Origin: Ruditapes philippinarum
Taxonomy: Eukaryota
Direction: 5' to 3'
Assembly (NCBI RefSeq): GCF_026571515.1
Contig: NW_026856706.1
Coordinates: 1 to 64,000, forward strand
Length of the DNA: 64,000 nucleotides
The notes under the pieces are model-generated. The model was not told the origin of the DNA and made no database searches. It saw only the letters and a list, made by a program, of their open reading frames with translations. Positions 24,183-36,366 of this stretch are shown piece after piece. Position 1 is the stretch's first letter; the number at the start of each line of letters is the position of its first letter. Both the position numbers and the translations under genes were made by a program.

Positions 24183-24936
24183 TATAATTATTATATTATT
24201 ATTTTGATCCAAGGCTATTTAAGTATCACATGATTAAAAGATTAACACTTGAACTGTCTCTGAACATAAAATATGTACAGTTTGTTAAGAAGGAAATTTG
24301 CAGACCACCCAAGTAATCCAGTTAAGTGCCTGGTAATACCTTGTTTGTGAAACATTCTAGTTTAACCAAGTACCAAAAATAAACATACTTATGGTTTGTC
24401 AACCTGAAGATTATGATGATATTTTTTTCAGACCTTTATAGTGCAGGAAGGACAGTGTATGTTTGTTATTTTGTTAGGTCTAATGTCTGCTGGTCAGAAT
24501 AAAGGTTCAGGGGCTCATGTGTGTTCAGTTGCTTTTTTGTTTACTATTTATTGTCATATTCACAGACTGCAAAAGAAAGAAAGTCATGAGCGTGAATTTA
24601 TACATAAAAAATCACATGAACCGTAACTTAACAGCATTCAGCAACAAATTTTCTATTAGTTGCAATAGGGTCTTAATAGTTTTGATATCATTTAAATGTG
24701 TGTGTTAGGGTTACACATTGACATGTAGCAGAATAAAAACTACATAGAAAAGTTATTTAAACTTTGCATGATCTTTGAGAATGATAATAAAAACATATTA
24801 AGTAATTAAAAAATGGAAGTCTCAAGTCATTTGTCCATAATCAGTATTAGTTAGTACTTATTTCTTCTAGTTTTTTTCACAAAGCTGGATTCCTTTCAAA
24901 CTATTATGCAAATTTTCAAGAATAGGAAATGAGTAG

Positions 24937-26120
24937 TTTTTAGCTCGACTATACGAAGTATATGGAGAGCTGTCCTACTCGCCCCGGCGTCGGCGTCCGC
25001 GTCCAGATTTCAGATTAAAGTTTTGGTGCAGTAAAATATTTTTCACTATAACTTTGTCATTTCTGAAGGTATCAACTTCAAATATATGTTCCTTATCATC
25101 AACCACATCTTATGTGACAAGGTTCATAACTCTAGCACCAATATTTTCAGATTTATCTCCCCTTGAACTTAGAATTTTCCTTAAAAAATACTATTTTTTA
25201 CTGTAACTTCTTTATTTCTTAAGGGATCACCCTCATACTTCAAATAAATGTACCTTATCACCATCCCCATCTTATTTGACAAGGTTCATAACTCTAGCAC
25301 CAATATTTTTAAGATTTATCTGCCCTTGAACTTAGAATTTTCCTTAAAAAATAATATTTTTTACTGTTACTTCTTTATTTCTTAAGGGATCACCCTCATA
25401 CTTCAAATATATGTACCTTATCATCATCCCCATCTTATGTGACAAGGTTCGTAACTCTAGCACAAATAATTTCAGATTTATCTCCCCTTGAACTTAGAAT
25501 TTTCCTTTAAAAAATATTTTTTTTTGCTGTAACTTATTTATTTCTAAAGGGATCAACTTCATACTTCAAATATATGTACCTTATCATCATCCATATCTTA
25601 TGTGACACGGTTCATAACTCTAGCACCAATATTGCAAGAATTATCTCCCCATAAACATAGATTTTCTTACTAGAAAACTGTTATTTTTTACTATAACTTT
25701 TTTAGTTTTAAAGGTATCTACTTCAAACTTCAAATACTTATTTCTTATCATCAATTACATTTTATGTGACAATGTTCATAACTCTTGAAGCAATTTTCAC
25801 AGATTTATCTCTCTTTGAACTTAGGATTTTCTCTAAGAAATATTATAACTTCTTTACTTTTTAAGGTATCTACTTCAAACTTCAAATATATATTTCTTAT
25901 CATAACACACATGTTGTGTGACAAGGTTCATAACTCTAGCATGACTATTTCTAGAATTATTTCCCTTGATCTTGGAATTTATGTTAACAAATGTTATTTT
26001 TTTACTATAACTTAATATATATTAATACATAATTGATTTTTCTTTCATAGTTTTGTCCTCCTTACTGTGTCCAGTATTTTATTAGTCGAGCTTGGCTGTC
26101 TTCTGTGACAGCTCTTGTTT
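24937..26120 (+). mobile_element. Non-autonomous Helentron/HINE-type element with ~163-bp internal tandem repeats
   Basis: 5' tttttagctcgacta..gagagct plus (ggcgtc)n; 3' tagtcgagct plus hairpin gctgtc..gacagc followed by tcttgttt. The monomer marker gaca.ggttc occurs at 25116, 25278, 25441, 25604, 25768 and 25920. Confidence 0.85.
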
Positions 26121-26954
26121 ATTTTTACTTCTGCACTTGTAGCTATGCCAATTTCTTAAAAAAAAGATTTATTTTTTATTTTTAAAGAATTTATAGTCTC
26201 TAAAAACAAGATGAATTTAGAGCACACAAATGCTCAATGGAATTTCATGAAATTGTGTATTATGATCAAGAATAAAAAAAAAACATAAACCAAAAGTAAT
26301 AAAAAATGGTTTGTAAGAGTTATGCACAAGTTATCTGCCCTTAAAATTATCTGAAATAACAAGAAAAAAACAACAACAAAAATTCAAGAGCAGATACTTT
26401 GAATCACAGACATATGGGGTTTGGAGCTCAAAACGCCTTTAAAATCCAAATAAAATGCATATTTGTCAATCCCAGCACATGTACTGATCATATATAATAT
26501 ATATAAAAAACTGAATATAAACTGTTTTGAAAACATTTCATATTTCAACATCTATAATAGATGTTGAAATATGAAATTTTTTCAAAACGGCTTATAAGGA
26601 GTGTTTGCTCTGAAGCACGCGATTAAACTGGTTTTTGCCTTAATTCTAATACAATGCCATTTACAAGTTCAAATGTTGTCTTAAACCAGTTTAATTCTTT
26701 CAATGATCTCCGAGATAAAAACAACTATAAATTGAACTTTTAAAGCAGATCTACATTTTTAAAAGTTTCTATATTATAATTAAAATATAAAAAATAATTA
26801 AAAAAAAAACATGTTTGGGTAAGTTATTGAACACTGAAAAATTGCAATCAACCGTATTAGTCTCGAACATGCTGATCTTAAAATCAATCTGCTGTGGATT
26901 TTTATAGAAAAAAATGCTAAATTACAAATTTTTGAAATGTTTTCGTTGATAATA

Positions 26955-27318
26955 TTAAAGGAACTCCACTGAGGTTTATAAGGCTTAAACTATATAATTT
27001 TAATTTTTCACTTAGATCAACATGAGCACTTACAACAAAAATATCAATAAAATATAATTAAGAGATATACAAGAAATGCATTGAAAATCGTATGTTTGTG
27101 CCATTCTCAGTCAGATTTGAGTGAAAAGCGTTTAAACGCTTTTCAATTTTATGTCATTTTCACTATTATAATAATTATTCTGGAAAAACGAAGCCAGCTA
27201 ATGAACTGAAGTTTTGCCAATAAGTTACTAGTATAGATTTACATCAAATGGAGTAATAATCTCAAAAAATTATTTCCAGTCCCGTCATGTCAAAAAATCC
27301 TCAGTGGAGTCCCTTTAA
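26955..27318. mobile_element. TTAA-flanked MITE (Kolobok-like AG..CT termini); a right-end fragment also near 44883-44901
   Basis: TTAA-aggaactccactgagg ... cctcagtggagtccct-TTAA. Confidence 0.78.
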
Positions 27319-27537
27319 ACGGTGCCCAGTAAAATGTGGTTTCCCGGAGGATCGAATTTTCATGTCGCCTTGTTTTTCCGACTGGTGATAAAAAGAAAAA
27401 TGTTGGTCATATTGTAGTGAAACAAGTTTGTTTCGCTATTGAGGTACATGTACCTAATTAATTTTTTTTATAGCTGTACCTTTACCTTCTGCGCTTCTGA
27501 GCAATTAGCTTATATTGTTACTATTTATTGTTGCTAA

Positions 27538-27578
27538 GGTGAACCACGGATTTATGTAATATAAATCCGTGGGTGAAC
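27538..27578. mobile_element. 27-bp CA..TG palindrome between 7-bp direct repeats (GGTGAAC): probable P-superfamily excision footprint
   Basis: ggtgaac|cacggatttat-gtaat-ataaatccgtg|ggtgaac. Confidence 0.6.
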
Positions 27579-28212
27579 AATAAGAAATTTCATATTGTGT
27601 TGTAATGTAAATAACTTCATTGTTGTAGCGAAATACGTCGTTTATTTTTAAGATTTTCGTCATAAAGTAAAACCGCTAAATACTCAACACTCATTACATT
27701 TAACCATAAACACTCCACCCAGGGATATAAACTTTTACGTCATTTACAAGTGTTATTACTAATGGGATTTTTTTGCACTCTTAAAATTTAATCCAGAAAT
27801 ATTAAAGTTTATCTAACAATATTGTTTACAGTAGAGACTTTAAAGCAAGGCCATTGAACCACTTCAGTTGCAGGTGCGTTTGTTTCAATCTGACTTGAGT
27901 ACGTTATTTCCTGCAGGGTTAATTAGGGCTGATTTCAATCAGATTGTTTTTGTTTTTAATAGGTGTGAGGTTTGAAAAACTTTCAATACATTACGTTCCA
28001 ATTTTATGTAACCTTTCATAAACCAACCTAGTCTGGTCCAGGTTGCTCACGTGCAACTGAAGCATCGTTGTCAACACTCCCGATGGAGATTTTTGTGAGG
28101 AGAGCTAGACTATTTGGGATTTTTAATTAAGTGTCACGTGACTAGCAATTTGGTTTCCGGTTTAATCTATTTAAGAGTCAAAAGTACGATAGTCCGGAGT
28201 AAGTCTATTAAA

Positions 28213-28467
28213 ATGTTTGTTTGGTTTCGACGATTGTCATATATTTGCGGTCGATCCACCTTACCGACTTTCCTGGCAAAGTTACCAGTTATTTCTCCGC
28301 AAGTGACTATTAATCACACATAGTTTTTGAATCAGATGTGACAAATGACCATTCGACCCATTTTTTAAATAAATTGTCCCGGAGAAACTTCGGCCTGCCC
28401 TAGGATCAAACCCGTTACTCCTGTATTGCAAACCCGATACCGTCACTATTTTGCCAAGCGGCCGGCC
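28213..28467 (-). mobile_element. Degenerate tRNA-derived SINE
   Basis: Minus strand begins ggccgcttggcaaaatagtg.. with a B-box-like gggtttgatcc and ends in an aaacaaaca tail. Confidence 0.4.
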
Positions 28468-29049
28468 TTTCAATTAACGATGTTAAACTTAATAATACAT
28501 ATATATCCAAGATTAACCTCCATCTAATGATATCACAATGCTCTTGTTTGTGCTTTGTATTTATGTTATTTACTTGTTTATGTTTACGAATGTATAACAT
28601 AATATTGTTCAACTCCTTGTAATGTAAGACAAACAAGAAAGTAGACCTAATTACTGCCCATTGCAAAAAGTAAAATTTAAGCATGATATATTTTTGCCGC
28701 TGTAAAATGACTTGCGATTAATAATGTTAATCTTTTAATATGACAAACAATATGTTAAGGTCGTAATTTGCAGTGAGAAACGGATTAAAGATAACAGATT
28801 ATGATTTAAGTTGATCTGTTTTCACCCGAGCAGTTTATATACCTTTCAGGAGCAAACACTTTCATTTTCATTTTGAAATTAACTGTGTGAGGAAACGGTT
28901 TTATCAAATTAAAGTTTGATCTCGTATTCCCTTGTGAAAGTACAAAAAAATCATTTTGATTAATTTGTGAATTTATATTATAAAAATAAATTATTATTAT
29001 TATCTGCAGTATTTGAGAAACAGATTTTGATAATATCTTAGTTTCTGGA

Positions 29050-30402
29050 ATGCTAGGAACAATGTCGTCTGCGGAGCTGCATGATTATGAAGTTATGTTT
29101 AAGAGGCACGTTCACGACAACCTCTTGTTGAACAATGACCTGAGATTAATGGACGATATGAAAAAAGCAAAGCTGAAGGAGCTGTCGAGGGATAGAGATT
29201 TATTCAAAGCAAAATTTTCGAAATTTCACAAATTGAACTCAAAGCGGCACATGCCCGAAGGACACTATACCAGAAATGCTACACCCAAAGCTTCACACAA
29301 ACCGTCTTTCATTGTTTGTAAAAACTCTCCATGCTCACTAAAGTCTTGGAATAATTTGACAGATTTAACAAAAGAGAAGGTCGATGTTTATAAAACAGAA
29401 GTTTTACAAAGTGACGAGGCAGCAGTGTCATTCCGGCGGAAAAACAAGGACAGTAATTCAAATGCAGACAAAAATTCGATGCAAAGGAAAATAAGTGCTC
29501 TTCCAGACAGGATGCCAAACGGTTTACAATTATGCAGAAGTCAAACAACGCTATCTAAATCTACTGATCTAAGCGAACAAAAGTCCAACTTGGACACAGA
29601 TGATTTCCATCTTCCAGACTTCCGCCGGCGTTCTTCAACTATGCCAAGTTACTGTTTCAGGACGAAATTAAATCTAGGAAACAAAAGATCAAGCCCAGTA
29701 CTGGAAAATAAACCACAATGTGACGTCAATGAATCAAAATGCATTGAAACGTCCACAAAATATAATAACACTCAAAATGCAGATGAACAAAAGAACAAAA
29801 ATGAGTTAGGCAAATCAATACCATGTGTACTAATATCTGATCATAGCAACGAAAATATTGCTAAAGCAACAGACAAAGGGTTAAATGTAACATTTGACCT
29901 TACCGACGACAAAAGTGTTCATGAAGAAATTGAAAGACGGACAGCATTTCCAAAAATTGATAAAAAGTTTCAGAGGGCAAAATCAATGATTATATCTGAT
30001 AATCAGTTACCGGTATCTGCAAATTCTCCAGAAACTTTCCGTAGACGGAGCATGACAGTTGCCTCCATCCGACAAGATAACGTAGATGACCAATTATCTT
30101 TACCGCAGACGTTCCGTAGACGGAGCATGACAGTTGACTATTCCGGGTCACCCATCATACGAAAACTCTTAAACAAGAGAGTAAGCATAGATAAATTCAA
30201 TTTGACGGCGAGAAGACAAAGTTTGTTTGACAAACTCGTAACTGCTTCAATGTCTTCGAGTGAAGATGTTTCAGATTTGGAATATTCGAAATCTGTAGAA
30301 GATTTAGAGGCATGTAGATATCTCAGGAAGCCTGGACAGAATATCCATGGCAGCAAAGAGGAGTTGGATTTAGATGTTATATTTAAACAGGACAGTGAGT
30401 GA
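29050..30402 (+). CDS. 450-aa uncharacterised protein, probably CCDC190-like (N-terminal coiled coil, disordered Ser/Arg-rich middle, C-terminal CRYLR...ELDLDVIF motif)
   Basis: Uninterrupted 1353-nt ORF in very AT-rich DNA. An acceptor (ttatctgcag, ending 29009) just upstream suggests a 5' UTR intron. The terminal motifs resemble CCDC190 from memory only and were not searched. Confidence 0.8.
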   Translation: MLGTMSSAELHDYEVMFKRHVHDNLLLNNDLRLMDDMKKAKLKELSRDRDLFKAKFSKFHKLNSKRHMPEGHYTRNATPKASHKPSFIVCKNSPCSLKSWNNLTDLTKEKVDVYKTEVLQSDEAAVSFRRKNKDSNSNADKNSMQRKISALPDRMPNGLQLCRSQTTLSKSTDLSEQKSNLDTDDFHLPDFRRRSSTMPSYCFRTKLNLGNKRSSPVLENKPQCDVNESKCIETSTKYNNTQNADEQKNKNELGKSIPCVLISDHSNENIAKATDKGLNVTFDLTDDKSVHEEIERRTAFPKIDKKFQRAKSMIISDNQLPVSANSPETFRRRSMTVASIRQDNVDDQLSLPQTFRRRSMTVDYSGSPIIRKLLNKRVSIDKFNLTARRQSLFDKLVTASMSSSEDVSDLEYSKSVEDLEACRYLRKPGQNIHGSKEELDLDVIFKQDSE

Positions 30403-30652
30403 CTCGAAAACAGTATGGAAACTTGCAAATTAAATATTGCTTTTAATCATTAATTTACATATTACAGATATACAAGTATTTGTATAAATTCGTTGAAAAT
30501 CACATGGTTCACAACACTTATTTATTGTTCCATTGTCATGAACAACATGTATGCACTTCTTTGTATAAATTTAAGCGTTCATTAAATGAAAACATGATGT
30601 TTGGTTTTCTTTCATTCCATTTCCATTCTTTTGAAGTTTGGCTAAAAAGTCC

Positions 30653-33600
30653 TCATCTTGACATCTTTTTGACAAATTCTGAAACAAACAATAAAAATGA
30701 TTTGATATCTTTGTATTTAAACTGAAAACAAAAATCCGTCAGCTATGTTTGTTATTCTGAAGAACTTGTATTATAATAGCCATTGCTATGAGTACACGTA
30801 CATGTTTTACTACATGCATGTAATTTACTGTTGTAAAAAACAATATCATACATGTGCTTTTGTTTTCCTGTAAGAATAAAGATTTCCCCGCAAATTCAAT
30901 TTGCCAGTACTATTATCAACATTAGTCTCTTAACTGGGTGTTTTTTTTATATTTATCATGTATTGGCCATTCCAAAATGGAAGGCATCCAGTTTTAATTT
31001 CAAAATTCGCATTTTTATTTGCAAAAACTCCGATTCAAGACAGACAAAATTTACAAGAGTAGAAATTTCTAGTTTCATAAATCCAACAATTGTAAATCTA
31101 TTTCACCACTTGAAATAAAAATGATATGAATTACATGTAATGTATCTAAATCTTCGGAAAGTTTAGAAACATGGTATGTTGCTATTTGAACTTGTTTCAA
31201 TATAACATAATCATGTCAGTTTCAAAAGCGAAGGTTGAATAATACCACATATTCAAGCATATGTGTGCTCTTTTGAGTTCAGCTTAAGGTCTTTATAGCT
31301 AATGCATATTATTGTGATGCATATTATCGTAATTCAATACCAGCAGATTTGTTTCACCTTTTTACTACCAATATTCTACTTATTGGCAAAATACTAATAG
31401 CAAGTGATTTAAGATGTAACATTCGAAATGGAGCACAATGCTTTCCTTAGCTTACCAACATAATTGATTTGTCCTCGCCCGAGTCTATCCCCTTGTCGGA
31501 TTAATTCCTCGATTTCTTTCATGTTCAGTTTTTCCCCAAGACTTGTTAGTACATGTCGCAACTGAAGTGTACTCACAAATCCGTTATTATCATAGTCAAA
31601 CACTCTGAAAAACATTTTTATATACATAACCAGTGTTGAACACACATGGAATTATTACATTACAGTAACACCCTTTCTTAAAACGCAAATCTATGTACAA
31701 TTTTAGGGAAAAAACTATAAATAAAAGTACATATAAATTTATTGACTTTTTATGTTCAAAAATCTGGAAAGAGAGTGTTCCCTCGGAAGCTAACACTTTT
31801 GGAAACTTATTCAGTATATACTCGTACTTATACAAAAACAGCCATCGAACGCATGAGAAAACATACATTTATTTGACCTTCTGAAACAAGATTAAGGAGC
31901 ATATATAATTAATTATTTTATATAGTCTTGCACTCTCGGGCACATGTTTATTGTTCAATATTTCTTAAAACTGTCGGACACTTGCAGTCGGCAATTTTTG
32001 AACACATTCGATATAGTAAAGTGTGATTGTTACATTTTAAAGTTAATCTTTAAATACCTGAATGCGTCAATAAGTTCTTTCTGCGTTTCTGGTGCCTTTA
32101 CTTTTCTTACCATCATTGTCAAGAACTCAGGAAACTCTATTGTTCCACTTTCTGTAAGATATAATTACTTTAGTTTTATGACCCGTTTATTCGTTTGTTT
32201 TAATTTTAGTGGGGACAGATTTTAAGGTACTCAAGTCATGACAATGTATATACCAGCGAGCGTCTACCTACATTTTATCAATAATTAGCGACCAGGAAAA
32301 TCTTTTTGCTCTAATTATTACAGACTTCGAATAAAGCATACGGTGCAGTCAAGACTTGAACTTGCAAATCTGAAGTCCACTGTCCTTGTGCTCTCCCTAC
32401 AGATCGGATGATTTTTGCTCTCGTATAACTTGACACTGTACACACTATACTTATTGCATATCATTGCTCGCTTTCAATGTTTCACAAAACTCGTTTCATA
32501 ATACTTTCCTAGAGTACATCTCGTGTATGACCTAATTATACAGACAAGTTTAGTAAAACATTTCATTGCATCAAATAACATGTCAAACATTATGATGAGT
32601 AAATGGGTTGGACAACAAATTCTTGCAACATTAGATTTAGCTCTTCACAGACAAGGAACTGTAACATTCAACCCAGAATAAAGACTTTTAGGTAAAAATA
32701 ATCTATTCAAACACACGGAGCGAAAAAGGAAAACCATAAACAAAATCATTAGATGTAAAAGAGAATAAAAAAGGAGAGATGAAAAAGGTAAGAATTGATC
32801 AGTTGAAATGTGCAGTTTTCAATGATTTTATTTCTTTATCCTAATGATGGAGATATTTGTCGAATAAATTCAAAATAGGCTGGGCCATTCTTTAATTGGA
32901 AGTCATTTATGAAAATAAACATGATCAACGTAAACATGTTATGTCATTTCATCTGCCAGAATAACAATTTTTTAGTAAATATGTTTACTCCTTTACAACA
33001 AGAACATTACCAATGAGCAAACTATGTTAAGATTAATAAACATGCTTCGATGAACTATTTGATAAATTGGTATTAGATCAAGATTGACCTTTCAAAAGAT
33101 AATCCTGACCTAGATTACTAGGTCAGTATTAGTAATACATATATAGTCTTATATTTTACGGTTGAAATATGAAAAAATAATTTGATGTGACATGAGATTC
33201 AGTTTTTAACAATTAGATAATCCTTTTGGAAGATATTTGTTACAAAAATGTACACGGCAACAATGGTCCATGTATTGACCTTCAATTAATGGCCATTAAC
33301 TTATCAAATGTTGTCATTGAAAACGAGCTGTCATTTAAATAGTAAATGTCCCAGAAAATGGATTTGCAGGAAAAAAGAATTAAAACATGCATCCTTCGCG
33401 TGATAGAAAATTCTTTTTTGGATAATATTTTAAGAAAAGCATTAAATGTTCAACCTCAACCTCTTTATGAAGTAAGCTCCTTAGCCATTTTCTTTTAGCG
33501 AAAATTAAATAGCAAATTTTATCATACATTTTCTTATTTAAATCATCATCAGATTATCTTATTCTCGCCTAATTTAGGTTAATTTATTGCAAATGTAGAG

Positions 33601-35283
33601 ATGAAATCACATTACCCATGTTAACATTGGTAATTTTTATAAATCATATTTTTGTTTTGTTTCCAAGTATAAAATGTCACATTATGTTTATAACATAAAT
33701 ACATAAGTCAAATGCAACCCACTTCTCAAAGGGGAAACATGGTCTTTGACTTTGAAATCTTCAAACCACTGGTAAAGGCCCATCTTGCGGTGAAAGCAGA
33801 TAATAAAATTTCTCTAAATGCTAACATCCTCCGAGCTGGACACACCAAAATTCGCTTTTTGGCACCAAAACAAAACCTCGGCATTGAACCGACAATGACA
33901 GACGAAATGTCAAATGTAGGCTCAACCTTGCCGTTATCTCCCTATGTCCCACTTTTTGAACGGGTGTTCAATTGTCTGTTGCATAAACGGCAACAAAATG
34001 GAACAATAACTATAACAGTACTTCGAAAAAATACTCATTTAAGCCCTTGATCACATACCGTCATCATCTACCTCACGGATCATGTCCCTAAGTTCCTCAT
34101 CTGATGGATTTTTGCCTAGAGAACGTAACACAACCTTCAAGTCATCTACTGTAATACTACCAAGACCCTCGCGGTCGAACAGACCAAACGCTTCCTGAAA
34201 GTCTGCAAAAAAGCAAATGGCGATACAAAAAGGGAAACAACGATTGATAACTTGGCTTTTCATAATGTTAAAAGGTATCTATGTATTACTTTTTTATGAT
34301 CAGGTACAATGTATTTCACAGTCTTACTTTTAATAATGTTAATAGATATAAACTTATTGACCATGCATAATATAGATGTTTTATAGCAATTTAGCCTGAT
34401 TGTCGACGGTAATAGGTAATAAGTTTTGACTTGTTTCTCTTTGGGAGCTTCAAGTTAAACATACATTTCTAAAGGCTATAATTGAGTTGCATGTTGTCTT
34501 GCCATCGGAAGAAAATAGCCAAAGAGCGATCACTGTACTTGTATACGGATACGTTTTGTCCAGAGCAAAATGACACTTTAAGATTTATACTTTAAAACGT
34601 TTTTGCTTTGAAGTTGAGAATAAAATATTACAGTCGGTAATTAGAAAATTTTAAAGCAATCTTTACCTTCGACCTCTTCCTGCGACAGATGAAGATCTCC
34701 GGCTCCAACTTCGTACTAAAATCATTGAAGAGAAAATAATCATAAAGTACTCTTTTTGTCTTATACCCAGCAATAAATCAATAAAAGAAAAACAGTTAAA
34801 GATATACTATGCTAAAATTTGATATTTGAAAATATTGATAATTGCTACACAGTCTCTTTGTAAACATGAAATAAACATGTTTTGACTTCACACAAAGTAG
34901 ATACGTTAGACTTTAATCATACACAATATAGATGGTCACAATATGAATATACAGTGTCATTAAAAAAACTGGCAGTTTTTTAAGAAAGGACCACCTTTAC
35001 TTGACCCGTGGTAAGGATCATAGATTCCCATTCATAGTTTGTACACTATTTTATTCAAATGTACACTATTTTATTCAAATAACACATATTCAGTAAGAAT
35101 TTTATAGATTTCAATAAATTTCTGCGCTTAAAATATTTCACTCAAAGATGAGCATAATATATTTCGCTGACATGACTAAGATATTGATAAATTACAATTA
35201 ATACTAAATAATCTTTTTCATATTTTTAAAATATTTTTTTCTTTTAGAAATACAAGCAAAAGATAAACACATACCATAGACAT
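30653..35283 (-). CDS. Calmodulin-like protein A (156 aa, 6 coding exons, divergent EF-hands)
   Basis: Exons: 35283-35275 MSM, 34715-34667 [16 protein letters not shown], 34202-34059 [21 protein letters not shown].., 32151-32058 [21 protein letters not shown], 31604-31456 [32 protein letters not shown], 30678-30653 EFVKKMSR*. Total 471 nt; GT-AG introns with consistent phases. Confidence 0.9.
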
Positions 35284-35624
35284 GATTGTTTCAGTTGAAC
35301 AGAAGTCTGATAATGTTTATATGATATTTAATGTTTGTAAGATATTGTGTACTCGACTTTACTAAATCCGCATTGTTTTTCAGGTTAAGGCGTTAATTAT
35401 AATCATCTATTGATATAGATTAATCATCAATATTAACAGACGCGTTGGTATCATATTACATTTTAGTCAATAGAAGGGGTAAAAAATATGTATTAAACCT
35501 ACGGTATATAATATGGATATAAGGAATATCATTGTTTACCCCTGTGAAATACCATATATATCTCTTAAACGCACAAATTGTGGTATTTTTACTTCATACA
35601 AAAAAATGCTAAACTGTATTATAC

Positions 35625-35997
35625 TTGTATCATAGTTTGGGGACCTTTCTGTTGAAAATGTGTCAGAGTTAAATCGTATACATATACATGCACAGTGCGT
35701 TAACTGGAGTGCAGGTATTAGTTACCCGCACTCCAGAGCATGCCCGTTGATTGGCTCATTTTTGCTGGGTTTTACTTATTAGGGAAAGCGACAGAAATAT
35801 CATATTCAGATGCTCGTTCATTGGTTACTTTTTCCCGGGGTTTCATATTGTGACAACAGGGAACGTGTTTTTATGTTTGACTATGATACAAAAGAGAAAG
35901 AACATCAAAACACTCGGCAATCTGATTAATACTCGGGGGCTACGCCCCCTCGTACAAATCAGATAGCCTCGTGGTTCGATGCTCTTTCTATTACTAA
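35625..35997 (-). mobile_element. ~370-bp hairpin-ended non-autonomous element, copy 1
   Basis: Reverse complement of 36367-36731. It has a terminal imperfect hairpin centred on gggggc-tac-gccccc and a 12-bp internal inverted repeat ttgtatcatagt/actatgatacaa. Confidence 0.8.
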
Positions 35998-36366
35998 ATG
36001 CCACAATGCAAAAGAAGTAAATGAAGGTTCAGCTATATAATTGTTTGAAATCTGTAATAATGCACCGAAAATAATGATGATTAAAGACATAACAATAACT
36101 CCACTTTTTTTAGGTTAACGGGCCTTTGTTTGCTATAATTATTGCGCAGGGGTTTAACAGGTTTATACATCTACGACATAAGTACATTGTACTGCCATTT
36201 TAGAGCAACCATTTTAAAATTTCTAACCTTTATGTTAATTTGGAAACTTTTACATAAGTAAGAATTTATGTTTTGTATTATTTAGGCACTTTTTCTATTC
36301 AAAACACCCAGTTTACAAGCTTTACAGTTTATCTCCAATCTCTCGAACTGCTGACTGTCCAAATTA

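Noticed and set aside
29875-29897. PP1-docking RVxF motif (KGLNVTF) in the 450-aa protein
   Set aside because: The basic residue is too far from VxF to fit the consensus.
29309-30428. Antisense ORFs 29309-29548 and 30138-30428
   Set aside because: Shadows of the 450-aa sense ORF.
31330-31395. Alternative last exon for CaML-A immediately after exon 5
   Set aside because: It gives VFCQ* with no EF-hand exit helix. The exon at 30678-30653 gives EFVKKMSR* and has a better acceptor.
33712-34050. 112-aa plus-strand ORF in CaML-A intron 3
   Set aside because: No recognisable domain or supporting gene structure; it cannot be supported from sequence alone.
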